A stretch of DNA of 64,000 bases, from the NCBI GenBank assembly GCA_025558095.1, contig JAIVFI010000005.1, positions 558,001 through 622,000 of the forward strand. The letters are read 5' to 3'. A program made the position numbers and the translations under genes. Below the pieces are notes generated by a model. It worked only from the letters and a program-made list of their open reading frames with translations. It was not told the DNA's origin and ran no database searches. This DNA comes from Hyaloraphidium curvatum SAG 235-1. Lineage: Eukaryota > Fungi > Monoblepharomycota. Below are positions 37,508 through 48,500 of this stretch, piece by piece. Within the stretch, counting starts at the first letter, position 1. The number at the start of each line of letters is the position of its first letter.

Positions 37508-37698
37508 GCCGGTGTGCCTTGGAGGCGATGGGGGGCGAGTTTGGTGCGGGAACGGATGCATTGGATCGGCGACTTGTACGAGAGAGCTTCAGAATAGGAG
37601 CTTGGTTTGGCATTTTGTTTGCAGATGGTTTTCCCTCACCCCATTCTAACTTGCCCCGCTTGTTGTCCCTCCTGCTACTGTGGCTTGGTCGGTTTGCA

Positions 37699-37893
37699 GG
37701 GTTGGCTGGATCCCAATCCCATCAGGCCTAGCAGCTGGATTGGGCGAGTCGGGAGATAGGAAAGCGCCGAGGAGCTTCCCGATGCGCTCCGGACCAATAA
37801 GCAGGGCACTGTCGTTGCGGAAGCAGCGCCAAGTAAAAGGGCGGCGTTGGGGAAGCAGCGCCAAGTAAAGGGGCGGCCAGCAGAAAGGTTTCT
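37699..37893 (+). pseudogene. Degenerate fragment of the 3' end of the UCH gene (21888-22068)
   Basis: Reads GWLDPN / QLDWA / AEELPDALRT across frameshifts, matching the UCH tail GWLDPNQPEQLDWARQQ...AEELPDALRT. Contains a ~30 bp local tandem duplication (aagcagcgccaagtaaa). Confidence 0.8.
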
Positions 37894-38027
37894 ATGCTGG
37901 AATCAATGGACCGAGCTCCTTACATAGTAGCTGAGAAGCTCAGGGCGCTTGTCCTCCGGTTGGCGGCGATCGAGGGAACGATCGTGTCTGTGTTCCGCCC
38001 AGCGCCCGCCCTGCTGCATCGCCGAAA

Positions 38028-41000
38028 ATGTCGGAGGAAGCAACTCCAAACCCTGTAGAACTCGAAAGAGAAGGTCTATCTGCACGCAGAGGCCGCGATG
38101 CGCCAGTGGAGGCGACTTCCGGGCGCGCCGCGCCACGCTCCGGCTCCGCAAGCGGCGAACGCGATCAGCCGAACCAGGGGACGACAGAAGGCGCCTCACC
38201 GGTGCGGCCTGTGCAGCCTCTTCGTTTTGAGTTTGCGAAGCGCCCCGACTCCGGAGGCTCTGCCGGCGTCGGGGTGAACTGCCGCGCAAACTTCTTGGCA
38301 ATGCACCTGCTGCAGGTCGCGGACTTCATCATGTAGTAGGTTCCCGACGGCGGCCGATGCTCCGACCACTATTTGACAACGGCTTGGCAGCGACGTCGTG
38401 ATTTCCTCCTTTGGCAAGGATTCGGTGCTTGGGAAGGTTTCGACACGGAGGACCCTGAACAACCTCGTTTTTGCCGAATGGCAACGAAGGGAGCAGTCTG
38501 GCGACGGCGTCCTTGCCGGCCACCAGAAAGCATGGTGTCTGTTTGACGGAATGAGGATTCTGTACGCTTCCCGCGAGCTCGACGTGGAGTCGCACGGACG
38601 GAGTTTTGTCGTTGCGGTGCAAGACGGCGAGGAGAGAAGAGATTTCCAGCTCACATTGAAACGAACGTCGGCTGTTCACGGCAAGGAGTTGATTGAGTAC
38701 CAACAAGCGGCGATGGATTCCGGGAAACCACGTCGTAAGGCGCCACCGCCGGAGTTCCTTGCTGCCCTGGAGTTTCTCGTTCGGCAGTATGCACTGGCTT
38801 CGCCGAGGCTTGTGGCATCCGGCCGCTCGTTCTGGCGGCCCGATTCCCGGCAAGAGATTGCCCGTAGTGTTCTGAGCATGATGAAGGGCGTCTACGGCAG
38901 TGTCAGATGGACGGAGGGCGGAACGGGTGCCGCCGTGAATGTGGATGTTTCCCACGGCGCCTTCCACCCCAGCGGCCCGTTGTTGCCGATTGTGCGCAAA
39001 ACGCTTAATCTGCAGACCATGCCCGAGGCGCTCAACGACGCGCAGCGACAGGCGATCGTATCTAAGCTGCGCAATGTGCTGTTCCGGGTCACCCACCGCG
39101 GCAAGGCCGGTGGCAAGTACAGGCTCTCTGGCCTGACAAAAACGGACGCCAACACTTGCACGTTCGAAGTATCCGGGGTCCAAACGAGCGCCATGGACTA
39201 CTACGCGACTGTCTACGTGAGTTCCGCCACAGCTGCTCTATGTTTTGCTCATTCATTCGTCGACAGAACCTCGTTTTGAACCATCCCAAGCTTCCGCTCA
39301 TCATGGTGCGCGGCACGAGGGGAGTTTCGTACTTTCCGATCGAACTATGCGAGATTTTGCCGAATCAGCGCTATCTGGGTCGCCTGAACGAGGATGAGAC
39401 GACGGCTCTGGTGCGCTTCGCTACGGCGTGGCCCAGTGACAAGGAACGCGACGTGAACCATGCCCAAGAGACCCTCGGTCTCGGCGGGAACGATTATCTC
39501 AACGCATTCGGCGCCACCGTGAACACCAAAATGCTTCAAGTGGCGGCGCGAAGGATCAGATCACCTCGCGTACTGTATCGGAACGTGGGGCAGGGCGCGC
39601 AGTTTGTCGCTTCGGATCCAGGCACCAGAGGGTTCTGGCAGCTGCCACGTGACGCGAGGCTGCTGGGTGGCGCTCGACTGACGGGCATTTGCGTTGCGGT
39701 GCTGGCCGACAACCGAGCCATGTCCGTGCGCAATAACCCCCAAGATGCCGAAAGGAATCTGAACGCCTTCCTGAGGCAGCTCGAGGACTCGTGTCGCAGC
39801 CACGGCATGCGTCTTGATCGGGAGCTTGTTGTTGTCGGGCCAGAACGTCCAGCCGTGCTGCGGCGTGATCTTGCGCGGATGGTATCGAAGGCCGGGGCAG
39901 CTTGCAACCTGCTTCTCGTTGTGCTGCCGACCGACAATGCCAAGAATCCCGTCTACACGGACATCAAGAGGATTGCGGACACGGAGCTCGGCATCGCGTC
40001 GCAGTGCATCAAACCCAAATGGATTCAAGGCATGGAGTCATCCGCTGAACCTCCCGTCGGAGGCCGCGGTGGCGCCCGCGCTGGGCAACGAGGCCCGCCG
40101 GCAAGGGGCACCGATAAGACTGTGTTCTCTCAGCTCGTGCTCAAGATCAACGCCAAGCTTGGCGGGCAGAACACTGCGATCGACGGTGGTCTGCACGTTG
40201 TTTCGCGGGAGCCGACGATGCTTCTCGGTATCGATGTCACGCATCCGCCCCCGGGATCTCAAGCACAGTCCATCGCCGCAGTCGTTGGTGAGTTGGGGAC
40301 CTGTGATACCTGCAAACGGATCTGATGTTTGCGTTCAGCTTCCGTCGACAGGGACTGTTCGCGGTACCACGCGTCCATCGCACTCGCGCCGTCGCGGTCA
40401 GAGACGGTGCCGGACCTTGACAAGATCGTGGTCGATCTGATCAATCTTTGGCGCATCGCAAGCACCGCGCCCGACGGGCAGTACATGCTGCCCGCCCGCA
40501 TCATCTGCTACCGTGACGGCGTCTCGGAGGGCCAGTTCGGCCGTGTTCTGGACACCGAAGTCGGCGCCATCAAGGAGGCCATCAGATGGATTCGAAACCA
40601 ACCCGGATTCGCCGGGTATTCGCCGAAGCTCACGTACGTCATCGTTCAGAAAAGGCACCATGCGCGCTTCTTCTTCGACGCGGACAACGCGGACCGCCGC
40701 GGCAACGGCCTTCCCGGAACAGTCATGGATCGGACGATCGTTCATCCCGACTTCTTCGAGTTCTACCTGCTATCCCATGCAGGCATCCAAGGGACCTCGC
40801 GGGCAACCAAGTACATCGTTCTGTTTGACGAGAACAAGCTCGCCTCGGACGAAATGCAACAGCTCACCTTCGAGCTTTGCCACTTGTTTGCCAGGTCCCA
40901 GCGATCCGTATCGCTGCCTCAGCCTGTTTTCTATAGCCATCTCGTCGCCGAAAGGGCGCGTTGTCACCTGACGGGCGGAGATGCGAGCGAGACGGGCAGC

Positions 41001-41093
41001 ACGACAGCCAGTGCAGCTGACGCTCTGCCCGAGGTGAAGCTGGAAGCCTTGGCCAAGGATCTTCGGACGAACGGCTCTCTCTGGTTCATCTGA
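38028..41093 (+). CDS. AGO: Argonaute (N, PAZ, MID, PIWI) with intact DEDH slicer tetrad
   Basis: RPDSGGSAGVGVNCRANF; YFPIELCEILPNQRY; YTDIKR...SQC...KINAKLGG; GIDVTHP, RSET, YRDGVSEGQF, VQKRHHARFF, SHAGIQGTSR, FYSHLVAERAR. Three introns. Confidence 0.96.
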
Positions 41094-41167
41094 TCAAGAG
41101 TATCTATGTCCCATTGCTAACAAGATGTACTTCGCGACAACGTGCCGGTCTGAGCTGTATCGGAGGT

Positions 41168-41544
41168 CTACACGGCCGACGTCGCGGCCGGGGCCCCAGT
41201 TTCGATCACGGGCTTGATCTGAGGCGCGCTCGACTGCGAGAACAGACCCCCAGGCGCCGGCTCCGCTGCAGCTCCGGCGCCGGAACCCGGAACCGTGAGC
41301 CGATCCGCGCCCGCGACGTGGCTGGGGGGCGTCTGCTGGATCGAGGTCGACGACTGGGCGCCCTTGGTCCCACGCTGCATCTCGTATTCTTGGCTGACGC
41401 GGTGCTCCGCGATGAGCTGGGTTCGAAGTGTAAGAACACCGTTTGCGCCAATTGGAGACGGTGTCCTCTCACGGCGTTCTCGGCGATCCTCTTGCGTTCC
41501 TGCGGATCCGATATGTCCGAAACGGTGCCGCCTCCACCAGCCAT
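41168..41544 (-). CDS. Small hypothetical protein (two exons, about 106 aa)
   Basis: MAGGGGTVSDISDPQERKRIAENA, then a canonical 56-nt intron 41417-41472 in phase with LIAEHRVSQEYEMQR. No recognised domain. Confidence 0.5.
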
Positions 41545-42104
41545 GGTGTAACCGTGAGGGCCAGGGTTCAGCTCTGGAGCGCAAGTCCGGAGGGAAGGGC
41601 GAGCGGGAAGGGGAGACATACGTGGCGAATGGGATCAGTGATGCCGCAACGCGTCCCGGTTGGCAGGCGCCAACGTACGAGGTTCGGGGTCTGTTTAGCG
41701 ACGTCGTTAGACGGTTCAGGAGGTGGTGCCGCGAGCCGTTCGGACGCGGTCCGTGAGCGGGCCGAAGTTCCGGCGACCGGTCAGGAGGCTTCGCACGTCT
41801 GAGGGTTTAAAGTCCCACCTTGTCCACAAAGACAGCTGCAGCAGCGATCTACAATGTTCCCCATGGGTGATGCGGTGGGGCCCGGGCTCGAAAATGCGTG
41901 CGGGGGCCGTTCGAAGGACGGTTGTCAAAGCGGTGACTGGGCGTCAGGGCCGGAGGGAGGCAATAATGCGCTGTTCCCCCTCTCACGGTTGCTCGAGCAT
42001 CGTTTTCGAAGCTTTACTTCTTCAAACTTGCTAGAAGCGCTCATTCCACGCGTTCATCTCGCCTCTGTCTCCTTCGACGCGGTTTCGCCGTGTTCCCGTC
42101 GACG

Positions 42105-42866
42105 ATGGCGCCCTTCAGCCCTGCGCCCAAAGCCGTCGTCTTCGACGCGTACGGGACCTTATTTGACGTGAATTCGGCCGTGTTGGCCCTCTCGGAAGAA
42201 GTTGGACCGAAGCATGAGGCATTTGCAGAGCTCTGGCAAGTGCCCGCGCCGTGTGGCCGTGGCTCCTGCCTAGTAGTTGCTGACTTCGAATGATCTCTTT
42301 GGGACCGCAGGAGGACCAAGCAGCTATCGTACACGTGGTTGCGGAGCCTCATGCCCGACGGATACGCCGATTTCGAAGCGGTGACGGCCGACGCGCTGGA
42401 TTTCGCCATGGAGCAGCACGGGTTCCGGAACGACTCAATGCGCGAGCGGCTCATGGAGCAGTACTTCAAGCTGACGTGCTATCCGGAGGTCCCGGCCGTC
42501 CTCAAACAGCTCAGGGAGGCCGGCCTCAAGACCGCGATCCTGTCCAACGGTTCACCTAGGATGCTGGACGCCGCGGTCTCCAACTCGGGGCTGACAAACC
42601 TTCTGGATGCCGTGCTTTACGCCGATGCGGTCAAGGTATACAAGCCGGACCGCAGGGTCTACAACATGGCCGTGGAGAGGTTCTCGATCAGGCCGGAGGA
42701 GGTGCTGTTCGTCTCGTCCAACAGCTGGGACGTGCACGGGGCGAGCCACCACGGCTTCCGCGTCTTCTGGTGCAATCGCAAGTCGGGCGTCGACGACAGG
42801 CTGCCGGGTAAGGCGGACGTGGTGGGCAAGGACCTCACGGAGCTGCCAAAGGCGCTGGGGCTCTAG
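42105..42866 (+). CDS. Haloacid dehalogenase type II (L-2-haloacid dehalogenase-like HAD hydrolase)
   Basis: VVFDAYGTLFDV, WRTKQLSYTWLRSL, ILSNGS, YKPD, FVSSNSWD. One GC-AG intron 42236-42310. Confidence 0.92.
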
Positions 42867-43211
42867 CCACCTGCAGCACGTCCGATCGGACGCCCGGCTT
42901 CTTCTTTCGACATGGAACTGTTGCGTGACGGTCTTTTGAGGCCGATTTTGACGAGCTTTGTCTCGGAAATAGAGGGGGGAAGCGCCGCGCCGTGGCTGAC
43001 GACGACGCCCCCTATCTGTTTGGCAGTGTTTGACGCTTCGAATCCCGTCCCCTCGAACCCGCGGCTGCAACCCGATGGTCCACTGCAGACGGCCGTGAAC
43101 CGAAGATCGGACGACGGCATCATACTGCCTTGTCGCAGGCGGGAGGTTGGCCGCGATTGGACCGGGCAACCGCCGCCGCGCGTGCCGGCCACCACCCGTT
43201 CCCGACGGAGC

Positions 43212-45315
43212 ATGGCCGCGCCCGACGGCCCCATCGTGCCCCCCCGACGGCCGGGCGCCAAGCGCCTGATACCGCATCGCACCGCGATGCGGTCTCTTGA
43301 GCCTCCCCGCCCCCGCACGCCCGCCGGCCGCGCCAAAACATCCGCGCTCCCCTTGCTCGCCGCCCTGCTCCTCCTCCTCCTCCTCGCCGCCGGCCGCGCA
43401 TCCGCGCAATCGAGCAGGTCTCTCGCAACCCCCATCACGCGGCAGTTTGCCTTCCCCACCGCCTTCTCGCGGCCCGCGCTCGCCACGAAGCAGGCGCTGC
43501 CCTCGCAGGCGTCGCAGAGCACCGCGACGGGGTCGGCGGCGGACGGGAGGACGGCGTCGGCGGCGTCGGCGACCGGCACGCAGTCTGCGGGAATGGCGAG
43601 CGGGACGGTGCTGGCGTCGGGGTCGCTGACCCGCACGGGAAGCGCCCTGCCGTCGGCGACGAGGACGGGCACCTTCTCCGGCCCGTCGTCCGCGCTCCCC
43701 GGGTCCCCCCAGGGACAGCAGACGGCGACGGCCCGCACGACGCCGCCGTCCGATTCGAACCACTCGCCGACGGCGACGAGGACCTTTGGCGGGAACGGGA
43801 ACCCGTTCATACCGCAAGTCACAAACCCGATCCCCAAGACGCTGGTGATTTACATGACCACGACGGCGGCGACCACCAGTGCGTACAGCCGCTTCCGTAA
43901 AATCCGCTTTCGAAACTGATGCCGAGCTCCACCCGGAACCAGCAACGCAGCCCGTGGTCCTCATCACCACGCAGCTCCCCGACGGCTCCATCATCACCAT
44001 CGCCGCGCCCCCCAACAACACCAACGGCGACACCGTCGGCGGCGTCCCCGTCAAGAACCTCGTCATCGCCGGCTGCGTCGTGGGCGGCGCCATCGTCGTC
44101 GGGCTGGCGGGCGTGTACGGGTACAAGTGGCTCCGCGGGGGCCGCCGCGAGACGCTCGAGGAGCGCAAGGGGATCAGGGGGGAAAGCCACTGGACGCGGC
44201 CGCCGCCCAAGTACGACAGGGGGGGAGGGGACGACGAGGGGCAGTGGGACCGGAGCTACGCGTGGGATGCGGCGCCGGCGGCGGCGGCCGCGGGGGGAGG
44301 GAGCAAGCGCGGGTCGCAGGTGATCCTTTGGCAGGCGCCGCCGGCGGCGGGGACGCCGGCGTTTTCGCCGCCGTCGGGGCCGGCGCCGAGCTGGTCCACG
44401 CCGGGGGGGGGATCGGGGATCAACAGCGCCGAGGACCTGATGGCTGCGCTGACGCAGAACATCCACGGGTCGGCGGGGAGCGTGCAGGTGCCGACGGTCA
44501 TTCCGAGGAGCTCGACGGATCCCGACCTGGCGCTCGCAGCCGCGGCGCTGGCGGCGGGCGCGGTGGTGCCGCCCATCAGCACGCCGAGGCAGGAGCCGGC
44601 CAAGGCGCCGACGCCGCCGCCGGCCGCCGAGCCCAAGAGGATGTCGCGCGGGCCGATCCCGGCGGCGATCGACACCAAGATGGTCCGATCGGCCACGGCG
44701 CCCTCGCTCCCCGTCGCGGCGCAGCCTCCCGCGCGGTTCGCGGGGCCGGAGATGGCGCAGGTCGCCATGCCGCCCCCCGCCGCCGCGCAGGGACCGCCGG
44801 GCACGACGAGCATCAACGCCGCGCTGGCGATCGCCGCCGGCGCGCCCGGCCAGCGCCCGCGCACGGTGGCCACCAACGACATCACCGTCGAGGTGTACCG
44901 CCACGCCGGCGCCTCGGGGTCGGACACGCTGCAGCGCTACGCCAAGGCCGGCAAGCGCCCCGCGGGGCCCAAGCCCGGCCCGGGGCGGTCGTCGACGATG
45001 CAGGGCGTCTCGCCGCGGCTCATGGAGCAGGGGTACGCCCCCGGGCCCGGGGACGGCACCTGGCCCGGCCCGCTGCACCGCGCGAGCACGTACGGCGACG
45101 AGGCGATCGCGCGGCACGGCGAGGCGGTGCCCGCGCGGGCGGACGGGCAGCTCAAGCGGCAGTCGCGGGTGCCCAAGCCCGGGATGCCGCAGAGCCCGGC
45201 GTCGGGCAAGCCGAAAAAGGCCAGGGAGGCGCAGACGTGGGACGCGGTGGTCGACGTCGGGGGGGAGTTCTACGCGGGGACGGAGGGGCAGGGGAGGCAG
45301 GGCGGGACGCGGTGA
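43212..45315 (+). CDS. Single-pass membrane protein with Ser/Thr-rich ectodomain and Pro-rich cytoplasmic tail (Mid2/Wsc-like architecture)
   Basis: Hydrophobic signal LPLLAALLLLLLLAAG, S/T-rich stretch, intron 43879-43942, TM LVIAGCVVGGAIVVGLAGVYGY followed by KWLR. Start may be 43287. Confidence 0.6.
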
Positions 45316-45519
45316 TCGGCGGCCGGACCGGCCGGGTGCCAAGGGGATTTGAACGAAGGGCGTTGTAGCCAGCCTTTGGTCGAATTAACGAAGCAAATGC
45401 TCGCGAGCGGGGATGAAGAGAAGGGAGGCGTCCTTCCCAGTGCCGTTCTTCCCTTGCCTGGTGCACCACTACATAAACGAGTTCGTTTCCGTTTCGCAGC
45501 CCCGGACGCGGCTCCCGCC

Positions 45520-48500
45520 ATGGACCGCGGCTACGGCTACGCGTCGACGGCGACGCCCCCGCGCATGTCGGTGGACGAGCAGCGGCGCGGGCGCGGGCCG
45601 GCGGGCGGGGAGGGCCGGCGCGACTACGGCGGCCCTCGCCGGCGCTCCCGGTCGCGCGACGCCCCGCAGCGCGACTGGCGCGATTCCGGGTTTGAGAGGG
45701 ACGCGCGGGATGGGCGCCGCGACGAGCGGGACGGCGGGCGCGGCGGGCAGCGGGACCGCGGGCGGCCGCGCAGCCGCTCCCGCGAGCGCTACAACGCCCT
45801 GCCGTCGCCGCAGTCGCCGCAGCGGTACTCTCAGAACGCCTACGGACAGCAGGGCGGCGGGCTCGACGGGCGGGGCTTCGGCGACCGCGGCCACGACGCC
45901 CAGTGGGCCGCGCAGCAGCCGCCCGCCGACGGGCAGTGGTTCGCCCAGCGCGGCGGGCCCCAACCGGGAATGGCCCCTTCCGCGCAGCCGCAGTTTGCGC
46001 TGACGCCCGACGCGCTGGAGCTGCTCGGCAGGTTGCATTCTCAACTGCAGCAGCAGCAGGCTGCGCCGTATCAGGCGTACGCCGGCGCCCCGCAGCAGCA
46101 GCAGCACATCCCTGCCCCGCAGCCGCCGCCGCCGCACGGTTACGGCCGCGACCAGTACGGCTACCAGGACACGCCGCAGAGAACGGCAGAGCCGTCGTAC
46201 GGCGAGCCGAGGCGCGACGAGCCCCGCTACGGCGATCGCCGCCACAGCGAGCCGCGCTACGACGAGCCTCGCTACGCCGAGCGGCGCTACGATGACAGGC
46301 GGTACAACGAGCCGCGCCAGAACGAACCCAAGTACGGCGAGCCGCGATTCAACGACGCGCAGCGGTTCGCCGAGCCGCCCAGGTACGGCGACCAGCGGTA
46401 CGGCGAACCCCGGCGACCCGACCCAGGCTACGGCGAGCCCAGGTTCGAGCAACCACCCTACCGCGGCGAGCCGCCCCAGCGGCAGCACTCATTCCGCGAG
46501 CCGGCCTACCCCGATCCCGCCGGCGGCGGGTACCCGCCCCCGCACGCGGGCGGCTTCCGCCCCGCCGAGCCCGCGGAGGAGGAATCTGCCTTCCTCCCCC
46601 TCCTGGACGACGCCATTCCGCCCACCTCGGCACGCACCAATTCGCCCCCTTACCACCCCGTCCCGGGGATCTCCACGCCCCCGCGCTCGGAACCGCCGCA
46701 CGCGAGCCCCGCATCCACATCCGCCTCGGCGCCCCGCGCGGAACCCCCGCGCCCGCCATCCCCCGCTTCCAGGCTGGAGGAGCTCCTCCGCCTGCTGCGC
46801 CGCCGTCCTGTTCCCGCCGCCGCGGCGTCGCAGGCGACCGCCGAGGTGCTCCCGCTACTCGCCGCCGCCTACGGAACGAGGCTGTGGACGAGGGGCAGGG
46901 AGAACGCGCTGGTGTGCGTGCTGGTGGCTGCGGCGAGGCACCGTGCGAGGGTGGAGCAGGGCGGGTGGGAGGGGCTGGATGCAGCGGGGCTGTGGGAGGT
47001 CGAGGCCGTAAAGGTGCGTTGAAACCGGGCCGGTTGCGTTGCGTTTTTGCTGACGCCACTCCCGCCGTTGCAGCTGATCGACTTTGCCATTTCGGATCCC
47101 CCGCTGCCGCCTGTCTTCCCCGACGATGCGCCGGAGCCGCTCGAGCAGGGCAGCAGGACGTCGCCGGCCGCTCTCGCCGCCCTGTTGCGACCGCTGGTCA
47201 TGGTCACCGACAGGCGCTACCCTCCCAACTTCCGCACCCTCGCCGACTCGCTCTCGTGGCTCGGACGAGATTTCGACCTCGATCCCACCGACCTCGAAGG
47301 CATCCCAGGGCCGTCGCAGGACCCGCTGGGCATCTACGCTCCCCCGACGCCGCCCTCCGACCCCGATTCGGCGGCCCCCGCCGTCCCTTGGTCCCTCCCC
47401 GCCAACCACCCCACCTCCCTCGCCCCTCGCGACCGCTGGGCATCCTACGGCGTCCCCTCGCGCGAGCTCGACGCCCTCTTTGCCCCGCAGGCAAGGCAAG
47501 AGGCCCCGCAGGCCGCCGCGCCGGCGGCCTCGTTCCTCGTGCGAAAGAGGGCGGCGGTGCCGGCGCCCAGGCCCGCGGCGGCGGCGTCGGGGGGGCAGCC
47601 GCCGGACAGGCCCGGCGGCAGGCCCGCGGGGCATGCTGATGCGGTACATTCGCCGGCGGCGGGCGGCGACGGGAGGAAGGAGGGGCTGCGCGGGGGTACG
47701 GGGGAACCGGGCGCGCTGGTGGAGGCGGAGGTTCCGGCCGCGGAGGTGCCGGCGAACGGGGAGCAGCATGCGCATGCGGAGACCAACGGCGTCGCGGAGC
47801 ACGCGGACCATGCGGAGGAAGCGCCCGCGGTGCCCATGGACGTGGACGCACCTGGTCCTGTGGCTGCTGCGGAGCCCGAGGCCCCGACCGCCGACGGCAG
47901 GCCGCACCCGCAGAAGCCGACGCCGCCCAAGATCAGCACCGCCGGCTCGGCGTCGCCGCCCTCGCTTCCCACGGGCGGCGCGACCCCGACGCCCACGCCG
48001 ACCTCGTCCGTCGGCATGCTCCGCTCGCTCTCCAAGCCCGCCGCCGCCAAGCCGCAGGCCGCCGTCGTCGAGCTCTCGCTGGACGACCTCGCGGGGCTCA
48101 AGGCGGATGAAGGCCCCGGCGGGCGCAGGGAAAAGGAGCGCAGGGAGAAGAAGGCCGCGGCCCCGGCCGCCGTCAAGCGCGAGAAGCCGCCCTCCCGCGG
48201 GCGCGACCCGGACGACGAGGGCGCCACCTCGTCCGAGGACGACCCGGACAAGAAGCCGACCAAGCGCGCCCGCGCGGCGTCGCCCGCGAGCGACGAGGCG
48301 GCGCGCCGTTCGGCCGAGGAGCGCCGCGCCAAGGCCGAGGCCAAGCGCCGCGCGGCCGAGGAGACCGAGGCGCAGCGCGTGGAGCGGGAGGAGGCCAAGC
48401 GCGCGGCCAAGCGCGAGGCGAGCGCCAAGCGCAAGGAGGAGAAGAAGGCCAAGGACGAGGGGGACCGCAAGGCCAAGGAGGCGCAGAGGACGGCGGAAGA

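Larger units (their letters stand above)
31363..37573. repeat. Right arm of the ~6.2 kb inverted repeat
   Basis: Reverse complement of 15420-21630. The inner end stops at tgtggatttg and the outer end at gtcgcc(a/g)atccaa. Confidence 0.97.

Noticed and set aside
15420-37573. Composite transposon or Starship-like element bounded by the inverted arms
   Set aside because: No transposase, tyrosine recombinase, short terminal inverted repeats or target-site duplication seen. The arms are host genes and the spacer holds housekeeping genes.
15420-41093. Hairpin dsRNA from the inverted repeat feeding the adjacent Argonaute
   Set aside because: Would need read-through across a 9.7 kb spacer with four genes on both strands. 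No sequence evidence for it.
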